DNA of 41,982 nt from Polyangia bacterium (GTDB lineage: Bacteria; Myxococcota_A; Polyangia; JAAYKL01), in the NCBI GenBank assembly GCA_050287845.1, contig JBNKCR010000043.1, positions 1 to 41,982 of the forward strand, read 5' to 3'. A program made the translations under genes and the position numbers. Shown here piece after piece: positions 18,667 to 27,806 of this stretch (positions are counted from its first letter, which is position 1; the number at the start of each line of letters is the position of its first letter). The notes beneath the pieces were generated by a model. The model saw nothing but the letters and a program-made list of their open reading frames with translations, searched no databases and was not told where the DNA came from.

Positions 18667-20796
18667 TCAGATTACAAATTTGGACAGCAGGCGCACATAG
18701 GCGGTCTGGTACCCACAGGAGTTTTCGGTGACCGACCAGGAGTTCAGGGGCCAGGATGTGTTGAAGTCCAGGTAGGATTTCTGCGGCGGCTGATTCAGGG
18801 GTGGTTCAATGGAAATCGATGTGCAGATGGCATTGTTCTCGGCGGACCCGCATGAATTGGTGTCACAGCAGGCGTCCCAGCTATAGCCGGGATTCGGTCC
18901 GCCGGTGAGGAATCCGGGGGCGGGTCCAGAGGTGGATTCGCCCACCCTGTCCCAGTCCGGACTGCCGTCGCCAAACCAGGAATGATAAAACTCATTGACG
19001 CTTTTTTCCGCGCCATAGTCATACATGTTCGACAAATACACCAGTCCCAGAGGGTTCACGCCGTGAATGTAATGAATGTACCGCTCACCGGCAGTCAGAG
19101 CGTCGGCGTCCAGGCTGGCGTCCAGTCCATAGGTGACATTGGCTATAAAGATGAGACCCTGATAGGCCCTGGTGCTGTTGCTGCCCCAGGTGTAGCTGTC
19201 AATGTATGCGCCATAGGGGTCCAGGTTGTCGGTATATGAAGGCATATTGTCGCCCCCGGCGAGGCCAGTGGAATACACGGACCGAATCGCTTCCGCCACC
19301 GCAGCGGTCGCACCGGGAAGTTGGCTGTAATACAGCAGCATATCCTGATTGGCTTCCTGATACGGAAAAACATAGGCCCACTCCATCATGTTCACGCTCT
19401 CGTAGTTGGCGTCCACAAAATCGCGATAATCCGTGTCGCCGGTCACTTCAAACAGGTAAATGGCCGCGGCGATTTTTCGGGTCAGCCGGCCATAGTCATC
19501 GGTTTCCTGTTGCCCGGCCGCCAGCCCCTGAGTGCCGTAATCACTGCTGTTGTTGTAGAACAGAACCTCCGGATTGTCGGTTGCCCACTGCCATGCGGAC
19601 TCGGCCCTGGCGGACAGGTCGCTGGCATAGGCGCCGAATCCCCAACTGTCATCCAGGGCAAACACTTTGGCGCCGTAGGCATAGGCTCCCGCTGCGGACA
19701 ACGTGGACGACGTACTCGCCGTGCCGTAATAGCTCGGATCCGTCACTGACGATGGTGGACTGCCCCCGCCGAGGCCTACCACGCTCAGTACCGAACCATC
19801 GTCGTTCTGCATGCGTCTCAGGTGATCCATGCCCCATTTCACTTCATCGAGAATATCCGGAATGCCGTTTCCCGACTCGGGAATGTCAAAATCATCGCCA
19901 AACGCTGCGGGGTTTTCTTCAAAGGCCCGCAGCAATCCCACCACATAGCTGGCGGTCCAGGCGGTGTATTTGTTGTAATCCCCTGCGTCATACCAGCCGC
20001 CGGTCAAATCCCGCTCTGTGGCCTCGTTGTCCGGGTCGTTGTACACGCGGCAATTGGCATCCTGCAGCGGTCCCACGTGGCTGGCGCCATCCACCCAGGG
20101 GGCATCCGCATACGGAACTTCCTTTGCAAAATTGGCGCGCTGATAAAAGAAGGTGCGCATGGCCTGTTTCAACACCTCCCGGTACGGATTGGCGCCAATC
20201 TCAAACGAAGCGGAGCGAACGCCGTTGTCCGGGTCGAGTACGTAATATTCACCGCTGTCGGTCATACTTGAAAAATCAAACCACCATGCGGCATCTCCCG
20301 ACGACTCATCCGTTGCGCCACCGTTCCATGGGGCCGGTGGAGCACCGAACACCTGCTCGCCGCTGGCCACATTCACCAGCGCGTAATTGGCGCCCGGGGA
20401 AAATGAAGCATCTGCGTCAAATCCGGTCTGCGGATCTCTGATGACCGCAATTTTTTCACCATCTGTGCGATATCCGAACTGGTCCACAACGATAAACGGT
20501 GTGATTTGGGCATCAGACTCAGACTCAGACTCAGACTCAGACTCAGAATCGGACTCAGATTCAGATTCAGATTCAGATTCAGATTCAGACTCAGACTCAG
20601 ATTCAGACTCAGACTCAGACTCAGAATCGGACTCAGACTCAGACTCAGAATCGGACTCAGATTCAGATTCAGAATCGGACTCAGTATCCGAGTCCGCATT
20701 GATATCCGTGTCGGTAGTACGATTTCCACCGCTGCCGTTGTCATCCGAGCAGGCCATGGTGAGTAGCCAGAGTAACGTAAAAAAAGCAGATCGCAT
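18667..20796 (-). CDS. Glycoside hydrolase family 9 lipoprotein (Ig-like domain plus GH9) with (ES)n stalk
   Basis: [58 protein letters not shown] and SWSVTE; lipobox-like TMAC. Confidence 0.92.
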   Translation of the reverse strand: MRSAFFTLLWLLTMACSDDNGSGGNRTTDTDINADSDTESDSESESESDSESESESDSESESESESESESESESESESESESDSESESESESESDAQITPFIVVDQFGYRTDGEKIAVIRDPQTGFDADASFSPGANYALVNVASGEQVFGAPPAPWNGGATDESSGDAAWWFDFSSMTDSGEYYVLDPDNGVRSASFEIGANPYREVLKQAMRTFFYQRANFAKEVPYADAPWVDGASHVGPLQDANCRVYNDPDNEATERDLTGGWYDAGDYNKYTAWTASYVVGLLRAFEENPAAFGDDFDIPESGNGIPDILDEVKWGMDHLRRMQNDDGSVLSVVGLGGGSPPSSVTDPSYYGTASTSSTLSAAGAYAYGAKVFALDDSWGFGAYASDLSARAESAWQWATDNPEVLFYNNSSDYGTQGLAAGQQETDDYGRLTRKIAAAIYLFEVTGDTDYRDFVDANYESVNMMEWAYVFPYQEANQDMLLYYSQLPGATAAVAEAIRSVYSTGLAGGDNMPSYTDNLDPYGAYIDSYTWGSNSTRAYQGLIFIANVTYGLDASLDADALTAGERYIHYIHGVNPLGLVYLSNMYDYGAEKSVNEFYHSWFGDGSPDWDRVGESTSGPAPGFLTGGPNPGYSWDACCDTNSCGSAENNAICTSISIEPPLNQPPQKSYLDFNTSWPLNSWSVTENSCGYQTAYVRLLSKFVI
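20512..20695 (-). repeat. (ES)n coding hexamer repeat (TCTGAG/TCTGAA)
   Basis: Reads (GACTCA/GATTCA)n on the + strand. Confidence 0.95.
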
Positions 20797-21025
20797 TTCG
20801 TCTTCCTTTCCGTCAATACGCGCATCGTGCACGTCAATAATGATATCACCGAAAATGACATGTTCAAAAATGGAGTTCCTGAATTGCGTGGATGCGATGT
20901 TTCGATGTTCCTTAAAAACACTGCGCGTGGTGTTTCTATCCGAAAAATTATTGCCGTGACATTTTCGCAACCGCGGTCAAGAATGGTCGGCGATGTGTTG
21001 CTACATTTGACTTCAGGAGGTGCGG

Positions 21026-21952
21026 ATGGGAACCATCTGGGACAAACGCAAAGCGGTAGAAAGAATGCAGGCGTACATTGAGCAGCATCTGGAGCGGCCG
21101 GTTTCCATGCATGAACTGGCCCGGGCGGCCTCGTACTCCATGTATTATGCCGCACGGATATTCAAGGAGATTACTGGCCAGAGTCCCTTTGAATACCTGC
21201 GCAAACGGCGACTCTCCGCTGCAGCGAATCGACTGAATGAGAATCCGTCGCGAATCATTGATGTGGCGTTCGATTTTGTGTTCGATTCCCATGAAGGATT
21301 CACCAGAGCGTTTGCCAGACAGTTTGGCGTTCCCCCCTCCAGAATGCAACACATCAATTGGTCTGCGTTTCGGTATTTGCCGGAACCCGCAACCGCATTT
21401 TACAGACGCAGACAGAAAGGACAGCGCACCATGTGTGAGCCAGACGTCAAAACAGCCGAAAAGAAAAAAGAAGTGGTATTTGTACAGATTGTGGAACGCC
21501 CGGAGCGGAAGGTGATTTTCCTGCCCGGAAAAAAGGCCGATCATTATTTTGAATATTGTGAGGAGGTGGGGTGTGATGTGTATGAGGTATTGGGTCGGAT
21601 TCAACCATCACTGCACGAACCCATGGGGCTCTGGTGGGATGATGAAAATCGTCCGGATGGGAGTTCGGTGTATGTGCAGGGGGTGGAAGTGGCAATGGAT
21701 TATGCGGGAGATATTCCGGCAGGCTATGAGGTGGTAACCCTGCCGGCGTGCGCCATGCTGGTGTTTCAGGGGCCTCCCTTCGATGACAGGGATTTTGAAG
21801 ATGCAATCGTCTCAATATGGGATGTCATCAACGGGTACGATCCAGGCCAAATCGGGTACGAGTGGGCGCCGGAAGATGGTCCCAGATTTCAACTTGCCCC
21901 CATGGGATATCGAGGCTACATCGAAGGCAAGCCCGTTCGCAAACGACCGTAG
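21026..21952 (+). CDS. AraC-family transcriptional regulator with C-terminal GyrI-like effector domain
   Basis: AVERMQAYIEQHL, RIFKEITG and IIDVAFDFVFDSHEGFTRAF.RQFG; AGGAGG RBS. Confidence 0.92.
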   Translation: MGTIWDKRKAVERMQAYIEQHLERPVSMHELARAASYSMYYAARIFKEITGQSPFEYLRKRRLSAAANRLNENPSRIIDVAFDFVFDSHEGFTRAFARQFGVPPSRMQHINWSAFRYLPEPATAFYRRRQKGQRTMCEPDVKTAEKKKEVVFVQIVERPERKVIFLPGKKADHYFEYCEEVGCDVYEVLGRIQPSLHEPMGLWWDDENRPDGSSVYVQGVEVAMDYAGDIPAGYEVVTLPACAMLVFQGPPFDDRDFEDAIVSIWDVINGYDPGQIGYEWAPEDGPRFQLAPMGYRGYIEGKPVRKRP

Positions 21953-21953
21953 A

Positions 21954-22031
21954 CGCGGAGGGAGGGGCATCCCGCGGCAACATCAGGGCAATGAAATATA
22001 TTTTGATGTAGCCGCGGGGTTCATCCCCGCG
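21954..22031. repeat. REP/REPIN-like palindromic element (GTAG type)
   Basis: GTAGCCGCGGGGTTCATCCCCGCG at 22008-22031; inverted arms 21971-21985 and 22004-22018 match at 14/15. Confidence 0.6.
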
Positions 22032-22109
22032 AAATCAATCATCGGAAATTTGATACATTTTTGTGTGTGTTTTGCAGTGAAGTGACCGGAATGTTTCTTT
22101 TGAATCGGG

Positions 22110-22547
22110 TCAGTCGCACTGGGTACCGGTGGCTCGCCTTGGGCAGTCCACCAGATTTTCATTCATGAGCTGGTTCAGTTCCGGGTCTTCGGTGGGGCCG
22201 ATGGCCGCAATCCGGTTGATGGCCTCCAGGTCGAATCCCACCATCTTTTCACCTGAAATTTCGATGAGCGGACGTCGAATCAGCAACGGATCTTTCAGCA
22301 TGGCGTCAATGGCGGATTCCGGCGTCTGACGCTGGGGATCGAACCCGCCCCGGGTAATGGCCGGTGCGGTGGGGTTGAACCACTTGAGCAACGGAATGTC
22401 CCCGAAATATGCCAGAAGCTGGTCTCTGGTCCACGGTTGGGTAAGCAGATTCCTTGCAAACACAACGTGGCCCGCCAGAGTCAACAGCTTTTTCTGTTTG
22501 GTATTGTTGATACAGCCGGGTTTCTCAAAAAATTGAATGGTCGCCAT
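22110..22547 (-). CDS. ArsC/Spx-family protein, nitrogenase-associated subtype
   Basis: FFEKPGCINNTKQK.LL..AGH, NLLTQPWT..L..YFG, WFNPTAP and DPLLIRRPL..VGFD. Confidence 0.85.
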   Translation of the reverse strand: MATIQFFEKPGCINNTKQKKLLTLAGHVVFARNLLTQPWTRDQLLAYFGDIPLLKWFNPTAPAITRGGFDPQRQTPESAIDAMLKDPLLIRRPLIEISGEKMVGFDLEAINRIAAIGPTEDPELNQLMNENLVDCPRRATGTQCD

Positions 22548-22600
22548 GATAACCTTTCTGTTTGTAAAAACGAATGTTTACGCAATGAGTGCCGTTTCAT

Positions 22601-22999
22601 TTACACCGCCTCGGACATACATGTTTCGTGAGCAAGGGCGCCCATCTGTAAAATGGCATTCCGCAAATCCTCCAGCTCAGACTCGGTGGGTTGCTTGATG
22701 TGAAATTTTTCCAGAGAGCAGATGGACTGGATATTCTCGTATTTCAACAGGCGTTGCTTGAGATTTTCATCAACGGTCATCACGGTTTCCAGTCCGTCAA
22801 TCAAATCGGTGTATGTGTGATTGGTGGGCATGGTGCCGTGGAAATCCAGAATGGCCATGATGTAGTTTTCAAGAGACATCGAGAGCAGATTGTACCGGAT
22901 GCTGGGGTTGAATTTGCTCTTTTTGCCCTTCGGCGACGCGCTGTTCAGATATTGATCGGCACGGGTCAGCCATGTTTTCCAGTTGAGTTTTTCAGCCAT
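22601..22999 (-). CDS. HEPN-like helical protein
   Basis: WLTRADQYL...YNLLSMSLENYIMAIL...P.NHTYTDL resembles the HEPN pattern; GGAG RBS. Confidence 0.6.
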   Translation of the reverse strand: MAEKLNWKTWLTRADQYLNSASPKGKKSKFNPSIRYNLLSMSLENYIMAILDFHGTMPTNHTYTDLIDGLETVMTVDENLKQRLLKYENIQSICSLEKFHIKQPTESELEDLRNAILQMGALAHETCMSEAV

Positions 23000-23045
23000 T
23001 AATTTCTCCCGGGGTGATGACGCGGATTTTCCCACGCCAGAGTTT

Positions 23046-23345
23046 TTAAAGAAAGTGGATGTCCACTTCAGCGCCCCGCTGCTTCAGGGCAAACGCCCCG
23101 CTGGGCGTCAATCTGCACTTATGCATCCGGCATGCCACATTCAGATTTTCTACCAGTTTGTCTTTTTCGCCGGGAATCATGTCTTCGTGGGAGTAAAAGA
23201 AGTAGTGGTCCGGATCACTGTCGTCAAACCGGATGAGAAAGGCCGAGTGTTCCGGAAATACCAAATCGTCATACGCGTAGGAAATATCCAGGTCAGTGGC
23301 TTCCCGGATAATGGTTCGAATTTTTTCAAGATGTCGGGTGGTCAT
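23046..23345 (-). CDS. Hypothetical protein (ISYAYDDLVF motif)
   Basis: 99-aa ORF with AAAGGA RBS; first gene of a three-gene unit. Confidence 0.7.
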   Translation of the reverse strand: MTTRHLEKIRTIIREATDLDISYAYDDLVFPEHSAFLIRFDDSDPDHYFFYSHEDMIPGEKDKLVENLNVACRMHKCRLTPSGAFALKQRGAEVDIHFL

Positions 23346-23430
23346 GATTTATCCTTTCCATGTCAGATGCAGGGACATCATGTCAATGGGATGCATAAAT
23401 CGTGACAATTGAGAAAAATATGGGGGTCTG

Positions 23431-24624
23431 TCAACTGACCAGGTCCACCTGTTGCACGGTGCCCGCCTGCCCGGATTCGAACAGAAATACACCGCTGGCG
23501 GCGACCTGACCAAGGAGGGTTCCGTCGGTGCCGCGGTTTTCAGATGGCGTGATGGCCGAACCGAGATAGATGGCGCCCACGTTGGCGCTGCGCAGGTCCG
23601 TGAGCGATGGCATAGTGACATCGCCCTGCCAGATTCGCAGATCATTGTACACCGCGTCCCCTTCGTCAATCCATCCGTTGCCGTCGTCATCATGGGTGGC
23701 CAGCTCGGTAAAACCGTTTCCGGTGGCGGGTCCGAACAGTTCCGTACCGTTGTTGACAATGCCATCGCGATTGCGATCGTACACCAGGAATCCGCTGCCG
23801 TTGGCCACAAAGGAGATGGACTCGTCTCTCCCGTCGCCGTTCAGATCAAACCCGATTTTCCCGTCGGTGAGTTCCGCCGCGTTGCCATCAAAGTTGAGTA
23901 CCAGCGGATCGGTGAGCTGTGCATCCCCCGCCCGCAGCTGGAATGACTCGACTTCGATGCGTTCGCTTTCCATCTGCAAAAGCGACGAAAACTGAATTTC
24001 CCGGCCATCCCGGGTGTGCACCACGCCCTGGGCCTGGAAGCGGGTCTGCTCTGCGGACACGGTGGTTTTGCGGTAATCGTACGAAACCCCCCAGCCTTCC
24101 CGATCAACGCCATCGGTTGGATTCGACGCGGGTTGGCGCGCGGGCCGGGCATCAACGTTGTCTGTGCGGTTGTCTCCCCCCGGCAGCCCTTCTATGTCCG
24201 CGTTCAATTCCGATGGGTCGAACACCCGCACTTTTTTGCCACTCAGCATTTCCACCAGTTGCTTCATCAGATTCAGCTGTGAGTCCGCAACCACTGCGTC
24301 ATTGGCGTCATTTGCCGCAGTCGAGTCATTGCAGTTCCCCCGGGAGCAATTTTTCAACCGGTTCATCAGGACGTGGGGTTCAGGCATGTTCGCCCCGCGC
24401 ATCTGTTTCACCGTTGCTTTTCCATGGGCCAGTTCCAGACTTTCCGCACTGAGTTTCACCCGGTCTGCAATTTGTTGAAACGAAGCCGAATCCGTGGGCT
24501 TTTCAGGTTGGGTGTCAGGTGATGCGGCGCCATCAATCCATGCCCTGAATGTTTCGGCCTCCTGCGATACTGTGGTCTTTGAATGGCGGGATTGCAGTTG
24601 CACCGTTGAATCGCCAACTATCAT
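23431..24624 (-). CDS. Conserved hypothetical protein with DPLVLN / FDLNGDG Ca-binding-like motifs
   Basis: TRDGREIQFS, DPLVLNFDG, FDLNGDG, DRNRDGIVNNGTELFG, DDDGNGWIDEGD and QQVDL. Confidence 0.8.
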   Translation of the reverse strand: MIVGDSTVQLQSRHSKTTVSQEAETFRAWIDGAASPDTQPEKPTDSASFQQIADRVKLSAESLELAHGKATVKQMRGANMPEPHVLMNRLKNCSRGNCNDSTAANDANDAVVADSQLNLMKQLVEMLSGKKVRVFDPSELNADIEGLPGGDNRTDNVDARPARQPASNPTDGVDREGWGVSYDYRKTTVSAEQTRFQAQGVVHTRDGREIQFSSLLQMESERIEVESFQLRAGDAQLTDPLVLNFDGNAAELTDGKIGFDLNGDGRDESISFVANGSGFLVYDRNRDGIVNNGTELFGPATGNGFTELATHDDDGNGWIDEGDAVYNDLRIWQGDVTMPSLTDLRSANVGAIYLGSAITPSENRGTDGTLLGQVAASGVFLFESGQAGTVQQVDLVS

Positions 24625-24738
24625 GGGCAGGCACCTTCCATGGAGAATACGCCGTCATCGCGGCGACGGGACGCGTTCCTGCGTCACATATCAGGAGTCG
24701 GCGGCCGGCGGCGAATCTGTAGGAAAAAATGTGTGCGG

Positions 24739-26091
24739 TTACAGGGTGACCACCAGCGACAATCGGGCACAGTACAGAATGTCCCAATTGATGAGGGGCA
24801 TTCTGAAGTCTTCGCCTTCCTGCCGTCGGGTTTCCATAAAAAAGAATGTGGCGCCGCTGGCTTCGATGGACGGCACAATCAGCACCGTCGGGGCAAACTC
24901 GAAGGGCGCCCACGGAAATGTGAAGGTGAGATTTCCCTGAATGTATCCGATGACCCAATCATTGGGCGCCGCCTTGTTGAGAGTCATGTCTCTGGTGAGT
25001 CTGGCTGCGCCCAGACCGAACTGGGTCCAGATGTCCAGTCGCGGACGATTGACCCCGCCCCCCAGGTTTGTGCCGAATGCCAGCCCGCCGCCATAGAATC
25101 GACCGGTGAACAGCAATTGTTCCAGCACCTCTGAGTTGATGGTCACCTGGTACGGTTTCACATAGGAGAGATAGCCCAGTCCAAGAAAAATGGAAGGCTT
25201 CTGGACGCCGTAGTCTTCGAGTACGGGCGACGGGTTCTTCGAGGGATAGTAGGTGACGCCGATGACCGCGGTTTCGTATGCGGACTTGAGCGTCAATGTG
25301 CGCTCATAACGGGTGCATTCCGCATCTGCGGTGCTGTCGAAATCCACAATGCACACACCGGTTTTGTTTTTGGCTCGTGCGGTGGTCTGATACGCCCGGG
25401 TCTCGTAGCGAATCACCGGCTCAAAGGATTTCATGATGGGCAGGCCCAACTCCGCCAGAAAAAAGGCCGCTTTGGCGCCGTAGCTGCCGTAGCGGGCAAT
25501 GTTTTCTTTATACGGATGCCTTGGAGAGCTCAGGCCGTTTGATTCGTAATGTCCCCTGCGCAGGCTGATCAGATTGAAAAAACGCCCCTGCAGGGACACT
25601 ATCCAGGTGAAGTAGTTGGCAATATCGGTTTCAACGGATGGGTATTGCTGGGGAATCCAACCCCGGTACGCAATACCGGCCATGGGATCGAGCTTGAACC
25701 ATCTGTGAATGACGCGTCTGGGCAACTGGGCCCGGGGGCTGGGTTCGAGGGGATCGTGGTAGAAGGTGGCGATGGTTTCTCCCAAATCCTCCCGGGGCGC
25801 TTCTTTTGCCGGTTTTCCTTCCGGGGAATCGGTGGTCCCGCTTTGGGGGGAGGTGGTGACATCCGGCGTCTGCGTCCGGTCTTCGGCCGTGGCACCCGGG
25901 GCGGCTTTTTCCGGCGATGGACTCGATTCGGTGTCCGTTTCTTTTTCCAGGTTCGTCCGCAGATGCTGTTCGGTCAGCTCCCGAATGGTTTGCGCGAAAA
26001 GGGGGCTGGTCCCGAGGAACACCGCACAGAATGCAGTGGCAGACCAGAATTGCAGCATAAATGCCATGGCTTTGGAATGTAATATCATCAT
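24739..26091 (-). CDS. Hypothetical secreted or outer-membrane protein
   Basis: 450-aa ORF with signal peptide, low-complexity linker and beta-strand-rich body; GGAAGGA RBS. Confidence 0.7.
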   Translation of the reverse strand: MMILHSKAMAFMLQFWSATAFCAVFLGTSPLFAQTIRELTEQHLRTNLEKETDTESSPSPEKAAPGATAEDRTQTPDVTTSPQSGTTDSPEGKPAKEAPREDLGETIATFYHDPLEPSPRAQLPRRVIHRWFKLDPMAGIAYRGWIPQQYPSVETDIANYFTWIVSLQGRFFNLISLRRGHYESNGLSSPRHPYKENIARYGSYGAKAAFFLAELGLPIMKSFEPVIRYETRAYQTTARAKNKTGVCIVDFDSTADAECTRYERTLTLKSAYETAVIGVTYYPSKNPSPVLEDYGVQKPSIFLGLGYLSYVKPYQVTINSEVLEQLLFTGRFYGGGLAFGTNLGGGVNRPRLDIWTQFGLGAARLTRDMTLNKAAPNDWVIGYIQGNLTFTFPWAPFEFAPTVLIVPSIEASGATFFFMETRRQEGEDFRMPLINWDILYCARLSLVVTL

Positions 26092-26478
26092 CCGATTCCT
26101 TCCACCTCAGACGTTGCCGGGCAGGGACGTCATACCGCAACCGGATGGGATATATAACACAAAAAAGAGAGATTGAAGCGGTTCAGCATACACGATTTCA
26201 GCCGGTCGAACTGGCGGACCGGAGTGCTGGCGGCCCTTCTTCCGTCCGATTGCCCTTTTCGGACGCGCCGGTTGCAGGTGCAGCGTGTCACAGTGCTCCT
26301 CCGGATGCACTTTGAAAAAGGATTTTCCAATGGTTGTCGCAGATGTTTCCGCTGTTGGGAGATATAGACGCAACACGAATCAATGGTAGTTAAAATTTGC
26401 AGTGCTTGTGGAAATCGTAATTTCTACATGTTACAATAATAGACTGCTGCGTGCGGCACCACTGAATGGAGGAACTCA

Positions 26479-27663
26479 ATGATGCAGAAACTGATGATAC
26501 TGGTACTTTTAGGCGTAGGGCTGGCCATCGCCTGTTCGGACGACGGTAGCAGCGGTTCCGGTGACGGAGATACAGGCACCGGCATATCCGGAGATACAGG
26601 CACCGGCATATCCGGAGATACAAACAACTCAGCAGACAGCGCGACGGGAACTGAAACCGGAAATGTCCCGGATTCGGGGTCGACCGCCGATACCGTAACC
26701 TCCGTGGATTCGGCGACGACTGCGGGTAATGATACCGCCAGTCATGGCTCAGATACGGCCAGCGGCACCGGTGGCAACGATACGGACACCGTGGTGGACA
26801 CTGGCGTTACGCCCAATGATTCGGACACCAGTTGTCGTCCCGTTATGTGCGGTGGCAAGTATTATCAGTGCGCGGACTGCTTTGACAATGACAGTGATGG
26901 ACTGACCGACGCTCAGGATCCGGATTGTCTGGGCGCCTGCGATAATAACGAAAGCGGATTCAACATCGAAGTGCCCGGCGGCGCCCCCTCCGGCTGTACC
27001 GTGGAGTGTTATTTCGATGCCGATAACGGAACCGGCAACGATATGTGTGACTGGGACTATACCTGCGATGTCGACGCTCAGTTTGTGAAGGAACCCAACA
27101 AATACTGTGAATTCGACTCAGAGGCCGGCGCCTATTGCGCCGAGTTGCGCACGAGTCAGGCAACCACCTGCAACAGCATCTGCGAGCCCCTGGTGCCCAA
27201 TGGATGCGATTGCTGGGGATGCTGCGAAATCAAGGGCGCTTACCGCTATATCGGCACACCGGGGTGTGACCTTCAGCATCTCGATGCCTGCTCGCCCTGT
27301 ACGCCGGTACCGTCGTGTGAGAACCCCTGCAACGAATGCGAGCTGTGTATCGGGGAAACGACCCTGCCGGACTATTGCCTGACCGCCATCGACACTGATA
27401 CCGGGGATAAGCCGGCCGACACCGATTCCACGGACAATCCCGACGACAGTGACACCCATTCCGAATCGGATGATACCGCAACCACCGATAATCCCGATGA
27501 CACATCGGTCGGCGACTCCGATTCCACCGAAGATACCGAAGATACACCTGTGTATCTCCGTTGTCCCGATGGCCGCCAGCCCTGTGGCCAGATTGGCGAC
27601 CAACCCTGTGCCGACCAGTACTATTGCCTCACCGGTTGCTGCACGCAGGTGATTGTGGAGTGA
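26479..27663 (+). CDS. Cys-rich acidic lipoprotein of myxobacterial type
   Basis: Lipobox AIAC; C.DC.DNDSDGLTD..DPDC; PNGCDCWGCC; D/T-rich linkers; GGAGGA RBS. Confidence 0.85.
   Translation: MMQKLMILVLLGVGLAIACSDDGSSGSGDGDTGTGISGDTGTGISGDTNNSADSATGTETGNVPDSGSTADTVTSVDSATTAGNDTASHGSDTASGTGGNDTDTVVDTGVTPNDSDTSCRPVMCGGKYYQCADCFDNDSDGLTDAQDPDCLGACDNNESGFNIEVPGGAPSGCTVECYFDADNGTGNDMCDWDYTCDVDAQFVKEPNKYCEFDSEAGAYCAELRTSQATTCNSICEPLVPNGCDCWGCCEIKGAYRYIGTPGCDLQHLDACSPCTPVPSCENPCNECELCIGETTLPDYCLTAIDTDTGDKPADTDSTDNPDDSDTHSESDDTATTDNPDDTSVGDSDSTEDTEDTPVYLRCPDGRQPCGQIGDQPCADQYYCLTGCCTQVIVE
26565..26622 (+). repeat. 24-bp perfect tandem repeat (2.4 copies; GDTGTGIS)
   Basis: CGGAGATACAGGCACCGGCATATC twice plus a partial third copy. 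Confidence 0.9.
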
Positions 27664-27806
27664 GCCGCCAGAATCACTTATCCCTTGGGGTTTCATTCTG
27701 AAAACGCGCCATTTGTTCTCTTTTCCGCCACATATATGATATGACTCCTGTTGCTGCGCCTGCAGTATTGCGAACGTATCGCAGAAACGTCCAGAAGGAG
27801 CGATGA

